Positions 1-13,647 of a stretch of 64,000 bases of DNA are shown piece by piece. The stretch is from Chrysomallon squamiferum (lineage: Eukaryota; Animalia; Mollusca): positions 21,948,001 to 22,012,000 of the forward strand of contig CM022665.1 of NCBI GenBank assembly GCA_012295275.1. The letters run 5' to 3'. Numbering within the stretch: position 1 is the first letter of the stretch; each line of letters opens with the position of its first letter. The notes below the pieces were generated by a model. The model was not told the origin of the DNA, searched no databases, and was given only the letters and a program-made list of their open reading frames with translations. The translations under genes and the position numbers were made by a program.

Positions 1-331
1 AGAAAAATCCGATTGTTGAAATCTGGATAAGACAACATTTATAATTACATGTTCTGAGGTGTCATCTGCACGTAGGACATCGATAGTACTACCATAATTA
101 CTGGTTCTGTTTTCGACACAGCCATTTTAATCTAGAATGTGTGGTAACTACATACAAGATATGAAATACATACAACCTGATTGGATGCTCAATTTATTTG
201 TACACATTATTTCACTGCTACAGCATTTCTAAATGTAGCCAGCAGTAACACGTTGTCACGGTGTCAACATCGTTACTTTAATGCCAACTGATGAAACGGA
301 GAGGTAAACCTACCAAAATGGTGACATAGGC

Positions 332-1148
332 TCAATAATGTGTGTGTGTGTGCATCAGCGGCATTGATGACATCAGTACATCGTCGTCTCATGCTTCTAA
401 TGAGAACATTAATCTCAGGAACAGTAATTGCGTGGTCAGTTCAACACTTGGATGTGGTTTCGCTCAAGAAGATTAGTGGTTAGCCTAGCGGTGTGTGGTC
501 TAGCGTTGTCATGTCGAAACAGAAAGCCAGGATGCTGCTGCAGAAATGGAATGACCTCGTGGCAGTAATGTTGAGCAGTCATGTGTCCGTGAATGAAAAC
601 GGGATCTGGTTTACCTCCACCATGAAAACCGGTACAGACCATGATGCTGCCACCGCCATATCGGTCATGCTGAATGACGTTGTCTGCATCATACCGTTCT
701 CCCCGTCGCCTCCATACATGATGCTGACCATCCGCAAACTGAACACAAAACCTGGATTCGTCTGTGAATAATGTCTAATCCCATTGTTTAAGTCCTCAGT
801 GTTGATGTATTCTGGCCCATCTCAGACGTTCCTGAATGTGACGCGCTGTCAGGGGTACAGCTACAACAGGGCGACGTGGCTGTAATACTGCAGCATGAAG
901 ATGGTTACGGACAGTTTGAGAATGAATACTAGTTTCTGTGGTTTGCTGCAAAGTACGGGATAAACGTGCAGCACTTTCGAACCTACCAGAACGTAGTCGA
1001 TCTCGCACTTGCCCATTTTGGTGTCCGCGTGATATGGTACTGTCATGAACACGAAAGTACTGAACGACGTCGTGTATGCGTTGGCCGGCGTTAACCGTCC
1101 TATTGATTTATGACGTTGATTTTCCGTTAAGCCTGGACGGCGACCCAT
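332..1148 (-). mobile_element. Degenerate Tc1/mariner transposase (pseudogenised DNA transposon)
   Basis: Minus-strand pieces give an N-terminal HTH-like segment (MGRRPGLTENQRHKSIGRL), TVRNHLHAAVLQPRRP, FTDESRF (first catalytic D), YGGGSIMV, FRHDNARPHTAR (second D) and a RRRCTDVINA...HY* tail. Stops and frameshifts interrupt it, and the WPxxSPDLNPIE (catalytic E) segment is missing. No intact TIR pair found. Confidence 0.9.
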
Positions 1149-1307
1149 TATAACAGGATAAATTCTTCCTTCTGTTTTTTGGATAATGTTGGTTCAGTGC
1201 ATCAAAATGTGATTTCAATACATCTGTATTGCAGGCGTTTCTGCGACAGCACGAACGCACTGCGTTTGCACGTGCAGTACACATACAAAAACTTCCTGAA
1301 AATGGCT

Positions 1308-1308
<1 letters not shown>

Positions 1309-1392
<84 letters not shown>
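1309..1392. repeat. Compound (CT)n(AT)n microsatellite
   Basis: Directly visible; it produces the spurious ERERER/SLSLSL/YIYIYI ORFs. Confidence 0.95.
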
Positions 1393-1401
<9 letters not shown>

Positions 1402-1459
1402 TATATACAAACACGTATATACAAACACACACACATATATATAAATGCGTCAACCATTT

Positions 1460-2179
1460 TTATTTACTTACATCATAATAATAGGATGAAGGCTGGTCTC
1501 CAGCTAGAGCTTGTGCCAACAAGATGAGTCTTCGATAACTTTCTTCACGATTATCTTCATCTCGCTTTTGTTGTGTCACGAATGGTCCCCAGTGAGTCTC
1601 TGGCTCTTCATAGGTAGGGTAAAAAAGACGCTTCTTCAGTCCAGGCATATCACTGAGCATCTCTCGTTTTACTGTAGAGTAGATTTCTTCGTCATTCTCA
1701 GGTGAATACAGTTCATTCTCCTCCTCCTTATATTCCTTGCTAGGAGTTTCGTAAGGCTCGTAGGCAACGTATGGTGGAGTGACAGTATCTGGCTTCTGAT
1801 ATTCAGTGTATAGGTCAAGTAGATCGGCCAAGTCTTGTAAATTCTGAGCAGTGGAATGGAACATCTCGTACAGTTCTTCGTCAGAGGGAAGACGTTCCTG
1901 GACTGGATACTGATCCATATAAAGGGCTTGGTCGTCCAGGAGATCACGTTTTATACGTCTGGCTCTTTTCAGCGTCTTGTGAGAACGCTTGATCATAGAA
2001 TTTTGGGAATTTCGCTTTCGTCTAAGTGAATAGAGGTTTGGGAAATAATCCTGAAAGTGAGAAGGAAGTTCCGGACGTTGATAATCGGCTGAAAAAAACA
2101 ACAACAAAAATAAATAAAATAAAATAAAATAAAATAAAATAAAATAAAATAAAATAAAATAAAATAAATTATAATAATA

Positions 2180-2221
<42 letters not shown>

Positions 2222-3336
2222 CAACAAAACAAAACGGAACAACAAACAAAAGAAACTATATATGTAAAAAAAAATCGTCATATCTAATTGATTTGAATGC
2301 GTTAAAAGACAAAATTTTGACATTTCACAAGAAATTTAAAGTTTAAAAATATGATATATATATATATATATGAAAACTATTTTTCGCAGTAAATTTTAAC
2401 AACTGGATAAGAACAATAAAAATATAATAATAATAATTAGAAGTAATAATAAAATGTAGAAACGAACCTCCGTAAGAAAGAAGATACTCATAAAAGTCTT
2501 CTAATTCTTTATTATTGGCTGACGAAGCTTGATTATCATTAGAAACTTCAGTATCAGTTGATATCTGATCATCTGAATTAACAGGACTAGCTTCAGAATC
2601 CTCCGCAGCTGCAGAAGATTCCGTGGCTGAAGATTCGACAGTAGGTTCTGAAACATCACTTGCTGCATTTTCAACTGCGGTTTCCATTGTCTTTACGTCA
2701 TCTGGATTTTCGCTCTTTACTTCTTCCAGGTCTTTTGCAGAGTCAACCAGCTGAGGCTTGTCATTGATTGTCGAGTCGTCGTCGTTAACAAGAGTCGCCG
2801 CATCAGGAAGATCAACTGGTTCTGATACTGGTTGTTCTGGTTCGCTCTCTGGTACCGGATCCACAACACGAATACTTCCTTTCTGATCTATGAGGCCTGG
2901 GTCGGAGTTAGCATCAAAAGCAGGGTCACTTTTCTTTGATGTGAATGCAACTCTTGGCTTGTTTTGATGATTTCCAAATAATATTACTTCTTTTGATCTC
3001 TTCTCTTAAAAATATAAAAAAAAATACAAAAAACACAAATATAAAGACATGTTGTTCTTTTAGATATTTAAATGGATACGAGTTCTTGCCTTTTAAAAAG
3101 CAGAGAGAGAAGGATAGAAAAAAGAGAAAATGAAAGGATGGAATTACATCCTAGCGTTTGTTCAAAAAATAACAAAATAATATTCAAATACTTCTTCATG
3201 ACAGCATCTCACCTGTCAGTACTATTTCAACTTTTGTGGACGGGTTATTAATGTGAAATTAATGTAGCTCATTCATATCAGAAGGCATGGAAAAAAGATA
3301 CCAATAACTGAACCTGCAACTTTCAGAGATAACCAG

Positions 3337-3424
<88 letters not shown>

Positions 3425-3956
3425 CTATTAAAACAGTTTAAAAAAAACAACAACAACAAAAAAAAACACAATAAACCCCCCCAAAAAAAAACATTAAGAG
3501 GCATTATTATCTGAGGACTTATTATTTCTAAAAAGTCACTAAGGAAAAATCATATAATCAGAATTTTGTTGGGTTTTAATAAATAAAAAAAGAAACTGCT
3601 ACAACTATCACCACCATAATAACAACAGCAAAAACAACCACAATAAGTAATATTTGTGAGCCACAGGAACTGTGAGAAAATAACATGATTTTTTAAAGAA
3701 AATGTCGTTGCCGGAAAGCAGATATTTTGTAATCGATACGACTGTAATAGCGTGAGTTTTTTATTACTTATTTTGATGTGTTATATTAATTTGTAAAAAG
3801 AAAATCATACACAACGACCACACTGTCATACGACACGAGATAATTAGATGTCAACGTTTATTTAATGTGTTATATGTTGTGGATATGTGTTTGTGTATAT
3901 ATATATATATATATGTATGTATTCACGTGTATGTATATATATGTACGTGTGAAATA

Positions 3957-3998
<42 letters not shown>

Positions 3999-4155
3999 CA
4001 TTATTATTATTATTAACGTACCTCTTTGAATGTAAATGTAAATGTTTTAACATATACAACTAAGATATATGGTTCCTAGAATACATACCAACTGCAAGAG
4101 GGGCTGACAATACTATAGGCAACAACGCGACAAACAGCACCAGTGGAATATTCAT
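1460..4155 (-). CDS. Secreted acidic neuropeptide/prohormone precursor, GNxQN (GNQQNxP / prohormone-2 / NVP-like) family, ~410 aa
   Basis: Coding exons 4155-4089 (signal peptide MNIPLVLFVALLPIVLS|APLAV), 3004-2468 and 2088-1460, joined by phase-1 GT-AG introns in one frame. KR-SKEVILFGNHQNKPR follows the signal peptide (GNxQNxP signature). An acidic spacer and many basic cleavage sites follow (RRKR, KR, RARRIKR, KKR). The 3' end is uncertain because of a possible donor at 1471. Confidence 0.85.
2110..2220. repeat. (AAAAT)n / (AAT)n simple repeats in prohormone intron
   Basis: Directly visible; explains the spurious N-terminus of ORF 1460..2323. Confidence 0.9.
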
Positions 4156-5164
4156 TTTGTATGTTTAATGTTCACCCTGCAAAATATAAGAACATTTAAA
4201 TATTATAATTTGAAATTGATTGAAAAAATGTATAAATAAATATATAAAATGATGATTATACGAACGAGAATATATTTTTTCTTCTTTCTGGCCTGTGTCT
4301 AACAAAATCTAACGATTGTTCTGCTCCAAAATCAGCCACTAACACATTTACGTTTTATTCAGTAGTTCACTTGCAGTATTAATTGACTACTGTAAGATGC
4401 CAAAATAACATCGGTATAATTCATGCCTGAAAATAATATAACTATGTTAACATAAAATGTATAAATCTCCAGTCTGAAGTACCTTTCAGTTTGAAAACTA
4501 AGCTTTTCCTCTGTTTGCGTAAATGCTTGAAATGGTCAAATAGAACATTCTCTAAATCAGATATTGATTTTTATTTTGTTTTGTCATACATGGAATGTGT
4601 AAAGTGCTTTAAAGTAATATAATGGCATTTCAGAAATATAAAAATCTATTTGACGCTGTAAACAAAATGTAATTGTTGTGGTAAGCGGGTGTTATCCGGT
4701 AATTAACAAGGGCCGGAAATCAGCAAGCGTTGTCAAGGTTACAGATGAATTTTATTTTAGGTAATTCCTGTCTTAAAGCCATTCTTGAAGTTTGTTAACT
4801 GCTTGTTTCTATAACATGTAAAACATAAACTGATTTAGTTACTTTGAATTATAATATATATATATATATATATATATGGATAGAACTAATTTATTTTGAT
4901 CAAAGAAATTTGTAATTATAGAAAGCATTATATATTAATGCATTGTAAAATTCTTTTTTCAAGAATTATTATTATTATTATTATCAGAAAAAAAGAATGA
5001 AGGAAAAAATGACACCATTATTACAATAACTGCCCATATTATTTCTGTTCTTGTACAGGTTTATTACCTTATTTCTTTATAATTAGCATGGACTACTTCA
5101 TTCTTCAGGCAGTTTAAAGACAACACTGGTAACTGGATAACAAAATAATTTATTTGGTATTTTC

Positions 5165-5201
<37 letters not shown>

Positions 5202-5275
5202 TACTTCAACTACTACTACTACTACTACTATGTAAAACAAACAGATGTTGGCAATTATTATATATCGTTAAACGC

Positions 5276-5311
<36 letters not shown>

Positions 5312-5335
5312 TTTACAACTTAATTATTTAATGAA

Positions 5336-5388
<53 letters not shown>

Positions 5389-5959
5389 CCCTTATTAGGC
5401 CTACGCTTTCCTCTAAGATGTTCGAGATTTGAATCAATCTGGTTATAACATAGTGCAGTCTTTATTCGCCATTGTCGTTGTATCAAATTAGCTTAGAACG
5501 CATCAGTCATCGTTAAAAGCTAATATGATTACGTGTAGCTGAATAATAACATAACGTGCAGAGGCTTTTTCCTTATCATCCAGAGTTTTTTTTTTTTTTT
5601 TTTCTCTGTCGATCTGACAATTCATATTATGTCAATCCTGTGGCATTATCGGATATCATAACACATAAGAAACACTGTGTATCGTATTAATTTAGGATTT
5701 GATTTGTATTTTCATATTCATTTATAGAACATGACCGATAGGCATCAAAAGACAGATATATAGAGAGAGAAATGGAAGGAAACGGAGAAAGAGTTTTGGG
5801 GTTTTAAATGTTTGATGGTGATGATAATAATGTAATAATAATAATTATAGTAGTAGTAGCAGTAGCAGTAGCTGTAGCGGTATTTTTAAGAACCCATTTG
5901 TTTTGCTTTGTTGTTGTTGCTGGGGTTTTTTGGGGTTTTTTTTTTTTTGTTGTTGTTTT

Positions 5960-5999
<40 letters not shown>

Positions 6000-7508
6000 A
6001 TCCAGTAAAATATTTCAATATCCATACTTTAGAAATGTTGTTATGCTTGCATCCATTTATAAATATTTGAATTAGTGCACATAAAAGTGGTAACAAACAT
6101 TTATGTCGATCCAGACTACTCAAACTGCTTTGGTGAAAGGCGGTGAATAACACTTCCGGAGCAACGTCTTTTGTGCCATTTAATGAGAATAAAGCAGGAT
6201 GTCACATGGGCTTTCTTTGATGAGTTAATCAATATTCGGAGGTAACAGAAATTTAAAATAACCTTAAATCTGACAAAAAGAAGAAACAAAGAAAGAAAAG
6301 AATGAACAATGAGCATATTTCCAGTAATGTAACGTTTTCATCATTGTGTTAATGCAAGAAGGCAGAGAAATGGGTTATATGTTATTAGAAATACCAAGGG
6401 CAAAAAAACTTCAACTTGGCAGCAAAATAGCATTAGTATTTGTGTCATTATAATGGATGATAACTGAAGAAGACATTAATCAAAACGACGGTACTCTCAC
6501 AGAAATGAATCTAACAATCAGCAATTAAAAACATTACAAACACTCTGATCACATCGCATCAAAAACCAGCAAAGCTATCCATCAGCAAGAATAACAAACA
6601 AATGTTTTTCCTTCTGAGTACATGATGTTATTTCTGTTGAGTCTGGCTTTAATTAACACAAATTCATTCGCCTATTAAAGTACAATTCTGAGATGAAAAT
6701 ACAACATCATGCATATTGCTTTGTTCCGATATTCCCGATAAACCGATATAGTACTTTATCTGTTGTTTGCTTACATTCATTTTACATTAGTCAGTTAACT
6801 GACATATCAGAAAAACAACAACAAAAAAACAACAATAATAAACGATAATTTAAAAAAAAAAAAAAAAAAAAATCTAAAACAGATATGCGAAAAATATCAT
6901 TTGTATGCAGCAGTCTGGAGACTTCACGAATGAATTAGACTTAATAATAAATCAATCTACTGTTATTTTTATATAACTCAGTTATTTATTTTCACTTCAG
7001 TTATCTCATCTGACTTTGTTATAAGTAATTTCTGTAATGTTATTATTATACAGAATATTAATGAATGAAATTAAACGAAAATAATAATACAATGATATAT
7101 GTTGGATGAGAGGTCAGATCTGGTACAAGAGTACAAATAATATTACATATACAATACAAACATGACACTACAGAGAAGTAGATAAGTGTTAACTAAAGAT
7201 GTAATGTATAAAGATGGTGCTTATAAGACACAGTTAAAATAAGAAAGGGTGATAACAACAAATCGTTAGAAAAACTGACGTTAACTAGCTTATTTGTCAT
7301 ATGGTGAATATTATGACTACTAGATTAAGAATGGGGAAGAAAAGAGCAAGACAAATTATAAACAATACATTTGTATTGGGTTTTTCTTCTTTTTAAAAAA
7401 AATATTTTTGTGAAAATAATTCATGAACAAAAACGTTGAATAATTAAAAGGATAAATAAAGGTCTTCAACAGTTAAACACGTACACACATACTTATGGAT
7501 ACATATGC

Positions 7509-7515
<7 letters not shown>

Positions 7516-7576
<61 letters not shown>
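7516..7576. repeat. (AG)n microsatellite
   Basis: Directly visible. Confidence 0.95.
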
Positions 7577-7582
<6 letters not shown>

Positions 7583-10088
7583 TAAGATGAAGAAAGTATA
7601 AAGTATTAAAGATAAAAATAATTCCATTAAAAATCGTTTCCGGAAAATCATTTTAAGAAAAGCAATTATAATATTAATAGTAAAGATTAAAAGCGACACG
7701 AACAAGGAAGGGATTTTTGTGATGAATATTTATTGATCTGGTATGCTTGCAGCATTGAACTAAGAGGAACAAAGATATTTCGAATCTCATATTTACATGA
7801 TGGCCAGACAATGGTACCAGATGTTTTATTTTTTATTTTTTGGGGTCATTTACATCTGCCTGTAAGAAATTAAACACACACACACACACACAATAAAGTA
7901 AATTGAATAACTATAATATTAAAAATATATACGGTAAAAACCAAAAACATTATCTTGTACGGCAGTTTCTTTCATCAAATTATGAGTTAAAAAGAAACAA
8001 AAATTAAATTAAAAAATAAAACGAAAAAAAGCAAAATATATATTAAATTCTCAGAAATTAGTAAAAATAATTTAAAAGCCACAAATTGCAGTTTTAATTT
8101 GATTGAAAACTGATTTCCAATTACGCTGTAATGTTATTTTTGTATAGTCCAACCTTTAGTTGAACTAACGTATTTCAAAAAAACAAACAGAAGTACACAT
8201 TCATCTTTTCAGGTAAATGTGTGCGTGTGTAAGTGTATTTGTGTATATGTTCGTAGGTAAGCCTGTACGTAAGGATTTTTTTTCTGTGTATGTGTGCGTG
8301 CATATATGTATAGTTTCTTTCTTTTGTGATATTTACTGTAACGATTTGTACAAAAGTAATACTGAATTGTTACAGAAAAAATTAATCAGTGGATGGCATG
8401 TTGAAGTAAACTTTATGACAAACGTGTCAAAAGCACCCTTCAGTACTAATCTAGATGTTTTAATTGTTAATTAATATCGATTTTGTAAGTATATTAATGA
8501 TTATGTCTTTTAAGAGGCAGAACAAAATAATAAAGCTTTGTCACCTAAGTGGATTTATTATTATTATTATTATTTTTTTTTTGTCTTAAAAGGTAAGATA
8601 TACCTGAAAGCAGAACTTCACGTGCAAACACGCGATCATACTCAAACACAACTATACAATCATAAACACATAAGAATAAACGCACACGAAATTTAAAAAA
8701 GAAAAAAAAGAAAAAAAAAAGTGTTTTAAAATTAATAATAATAATAATAATAAGATAATGAAAAAAAAAAATAAAACGGAAAAAAGTGCTAGGAAATTAA
8801 AATATTTTGTCTTTTCTTTAAATGGTAAATAGTCGAGGTCACAACACAGTTTAGTTGAAGAAATTTGATTTTAAAGCTTAATATTGGTTTTCGCAGTTTG
8901 AAGAGAAATTCTGCTTCACACGAAACACACCAGGGCAAACCAATATATACTGTTCCCGCTGTGCACTCACGTCATAGGAAATAAAAATCAAAGTCATCAC
9001 CTAGTCACTTGTCATTGATAAAAACACTTTTATGCTAGACAAACAAATATCGAAGCAGATCCTGCTAATGCTTTCATTAACTTCTGATTAACATGAAATG
9101 GATTTTACGTGGAAGAGTTTAATACGATTATGTAAAGGTAATGAAGCTATGTCCCACAGAAACAAGTCATTAAATAAAACCAATATATAGACTGACGTGG
9201 CATTTTCTGTTAATAGAATTTATTTTTTATCAGATCGATGTTGCAGTTGTTTTATATTGTTTGGTTTTTTTTTTTTTTTTTTTTTTTTCTGGGATAATTT
9301 TTTTTGGGGGTGTTCCTTTTATTTTTATCTTATTTGTTGCTTCTTTAATTTATGTATTTATACAAGGTTATACCGCGGGGATTAGGACGTAGCATGAACG
9401 TAGGGTCCAGTTATATGAAAAAGCAATTCTTATGTTTTGGAGTTTCCGATGAGTCAGTTCAGAAATGTGTGGACTCTTCTCTTAACAGTCTTCTAATAAT
9501 GTAACCTAATACTCACATGGACAGACAAGTCAGACTCCATTGTGTGCTTACGACTGACATGCTTCAAAACAACATTATCAGACAAGCAAGTTTAAGCTTA
9601 CCCGATCTCAGAATCGGTCGATAGAAGTTAGTCATTGTTGTCTGAGCCGGTGTGAATTTTTTCTTGCCAGAATCTTTTACCAGCACTGAATTTTCTCTCT
9701 AATCTTTGAAACCGAAACGAACGTGACTAATTAACAACGTCCGGAGACAAACATTTTAAAACTCGTCGAACCTAACTACCTAATGCATATAAAATATAAA
9801 TTTCCATTTGTTCTGTATAGTCCCAAAAACACTACACATCATAATTATAGCCAATACGAAGTCAAGTTACCTCTGGTGATATAACGAACAGCAGAATATC
9901 TTAGAAAAAAGTACACTGATCAGTTACATGCATGATACTTTCAATGTTGTAACAAAGAAAAACTTTAGATCTTGCTAATAACTAGTTTTAAATTTCGTCT
10001 TTGGAAACTGATTAAAAGATGAAAAAGGAAACTACTAGTCATAATAGTCTTCTTTCTTCCTTCATTCATATTAAACCTTTTTTACTTA

Positions 10089-10122
<34 letters not shown>

Positions 10123-10565
10123 TTTAATGTAATTAAGTATACTTTGAATATATATAAAGAGTCAAAAAAGGAAACCACTAGAATGCTTAGATTTCTAATT
10201 CAAACATTATTCTTATAATATATTTCCTTTAGATGAACTGAAGTTTAATTATATTGCGAAGGTTTGTTATTTTCAACAGACCAAATGAACAAAATAACTA
10301 TTTGTTTCATCATACGTTGGTGAAGTAATTGGAAAAATGTGTTTTTGAAATAATATACAACTGACCAGCGTGAGGTTGTGCGACATTGCGAATGATCATG
10401 TCAAGTACGTCACGAAGTAGAACTGCTGTGGGCAGAAGGTGGATAGAAACGTATTGACAGCAGAAAAAGATTGTAAAAAAATATATTAGGAGATCCACAC
10501 CTCAGCTTTAGTCAGTAGTGTCTTTGTGAGTTTCGGTTCGATACAACCAATACAAATTAGTAATA

Positions 10566-10597
<32 letters not shown>

Positions 10598-13582
10598 TAA
10601 AAAAAAAAAAACAAGAGGAGAAAACGTGACCAAAATGCAGAGGTTAAAGGGGGGTAGTGTTATTGGTACATTTATTTTTTACACGCATAGCTGCTTATTC
10701 TTGTGGTTTTTTTTTTGTTTCTTTTTTAATTTTTTTAAATTTAAATTTTTACATATCAGTAATCCATCTCTCCCTCTCTCCTTTCAGTTTGATTTGAAAC
10801 AACCAACGATATTACTTTTAAAGTGGAAAAAACCCAGAGTATATATATCCAGTAACTAGAACTCATTTTATTATCTCAAAATAGGAATTATTAAACTGCA
10901 TAAAATATACGTGATGTAATAATTCTAGCTAGACTGTAAAATAAAATTCAGTATGAAAAAAATGGTTTAATAATTATGATGGTTACTCAGTAAGCGTCTA
11001 CAATCGATAAAGATTTTGACTATTAGGGATATGACATAAGCAAAATGTGATAAAAATTTGTTAATCTTTTTATATTTCTAAGAGCTGATACATTTTTCTA
11101 ATGAGGTGTCTTTGAATATTTATTCGTTTGTTCGTTCATTCATTTATTCAAAATTCAGTTTTAACAATTGTTTTATTGATTATTGATCCCTTGATCTCAA
11201 TTCAGCGAAAAGATCGGCGATATTTCTTTTCTAATATCACATGCTAGGAAGTTGCAGTTATAAAATTTTTGAGAGAAACTTAACGTCCCTGATTTGTTTT
11301 TCATTATGTAAATACTGCAGGAATTCTGTTCAACGCGAAAAAAATACACGTAATTAACAAACTATTTGTCAAACAGGTTGCATACAGAGACGTGAATGCC
11401 TTCTGGCTAAGGAAGCTCTTTAGCTTGCTTAAATGTATCCGAAATGAATCAGACCTCACTTGATTTCGCTGCAGGTGGACGCAGCAAATTGCATTAACTT
11501 CATACGCTCAGTCACTTAACACTGATCGTTCTTTTGTCACGCATTTGGGTTTTATTGGATAGAACTGTTATTAAAAGACAATATTCAGATGTGGTATTGA
11601 CCGTATTAGATGGTTAGTTTATAACAGATGGGTTTTTTCAGTTCATAACAATTAATTATTTTGGTAAACTTTGAAATGTTGTAACATTCTGAGGCGCTAA
11701 AGCTAAATATAACCCTAAAGCAAAATAATGCGGCGACTGCTGCTTTTACTTTTAATAAAACATGATGATATTATTAAAACTGTTATGTTAATACTTTAAT
11801 TGTCTACGAATCTTTTTTGTTTCTTTCTCAATAACGATTTTTGTACTGTTTCATAATACGACCATCTGTTACGTATGATCACACCAGTAATAAATCTGAG
11901 ATTGTTACCAAATCGTTAACACCGCAGCTTACATAGATCAAATTCGACGCGGAAGAGCAAAAAGGGATAGCAGAAATGCAGTAGATCGATAGAGGGCAGA
12001 TGAAGAAAGAAAGCTACAATAGCTGGTTTCTTGGCTTTCTTCGCATTCAGCCGCCAATTACAGCAGACGTCAAATTCCAGTTATTATCCAGTAAGCCCAA
12101 CGTTATCCAAGTAGAATGAAAAAACAACAACACCAATTAAATGAAAATGCATACAGTATGTTTTTCAATAATTCTGCTACGTCGTTTTTATATGTAGGCG
12201 GTTAATAAAAAAATACAATTTTTTTTTTTTTTTATAATAATAATAATAACAAATAGTTAATAAAAATAAAAAATAAAAATAAAAATATAATTTTTTTTTT
12301 TAAAGGTTGTTTTGTTTTCTTGCTGAACATTTTAGATTCTATAGTTTAAAAGTAGTAGTAGTAGTACTAGTAGTAATAATAATAATAGTAGCAGTAGTAG
12401 TAATAATAATAGTAGTAGTAGTAGCAGCAGCAACAGTAGTAGTAATAATAATAATAATAATAATATCAAATCTGTTTGTAACTTTTTATACTCACTGACA
12501 GGCGAAATGGATTAATTTGTATCTCGAGGGAAAAACAAAAATCAATTTCGGTATTTATTTATAATTATTCAGTGCCCACGTCCTCTTTTTGGTTTTACAT
12601 ATGGTACTGATATGAAATATCCTTTCTCAGAAAATTAGAAGCAGCAGTTTGAATAAAGAAGTTTCTTAAAATGTAAATTGATCGAAATGCATTTATTTAA
12701 AATTTATACTTCAGTTACTCTAGTATATTTCAAACATAAATCAGCATTTTAATAATAATTTTTTGACAAAAGAAAAAAATCCACTGAATTCTCTCTACGA
12801 AGTAATTAAACCAGCAGCTAAAATAGAAAACTGACCTTGTTTTATGGATCCTGAAGATATATAATTATTATTTTCTACGTCCCTTCCACATAAGTTTTTT
12901 TTGGAATTAGCCGAGGTATGTTTAATATTTATTTGTAATGTTCGTATTGATAAACATTCCTATATTTCAAATTATTGTTTCATTTATTTACTGATAATCA
13001 TTCTTTGTTGATGAGAAAATATAGCAATAAAATAACAATTTCAAAAACGTACTTTATGAAAGATAATTGTTGTTATTAAATTTAATCTGACTAAACATTA
13101 TTACTAAGGTTTTTACGAAAGAATGAATTTTTCTTATTTTTAGTACCGTATTAACATCTTTATAACACTAGACTGAACTGACATAGATATGAACTAATAA
13201 ATGCATTGTTAAAAATTATACCTGACATTCTATTATTAAACAAACAGCGTATTTTTTAAAAATATTTGTAATTATGCAGTACATGTATTCTGTTTCCGAT
13301 GCAGAGATATAGGAAATTATTCATGCATTTTTGCAGTCGTGTGAGTTAAAACGATCGTTATTATGCATCATTAAGTCAGAAGATTAGCCCGAATAATACT
13401 ATTCAAAATGTTATCGAAATGTTGTCAATACATGGACGTAACATTAATAGGACAATAAACTAATTTAACCAAACTATAATAAAACACGCGTATAAAATCT
13501 GCAGTGAAACTAATGTTTTATTAGAAGGTGTATTTTATATGCTTTAACTCGTTAGTTTTTAACATTCTGAGATTTATTTTGT

Positions 13583-13584
<2 letters not shown>

Positions 13585-13645
<61 letters not shown>
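13585..13645. repeat. (CT)n microsatellite
   Basis: Directly visible. Confidence 0.95.

Positions 13646-13647
<2 letters not shown>

Noticed and set aside
1179-1478. Overlapping ORFs with ERERER/SLSLSL/YIYIYI (similar ones at 5.1-6.1 kb, 12.3 kb, 32.5 kb and 55.7 kb)
   Set aside because: Products of microsatellites and homopolymer runs; no coding signal.
3213-3313. Exon-like segment (TTGCAG...CAG|GTGAG, minus) inside a prohormone intron
   Set aside because: Stop codon in the required frame; the gene model closes without it.
11900-12060. Short frames with RAKR (plus) or a hydrophobic stretch and GTAAG donor (minus)
   Set aside because: No clear start or acceptor and no recognisable homology; consistent with chance.
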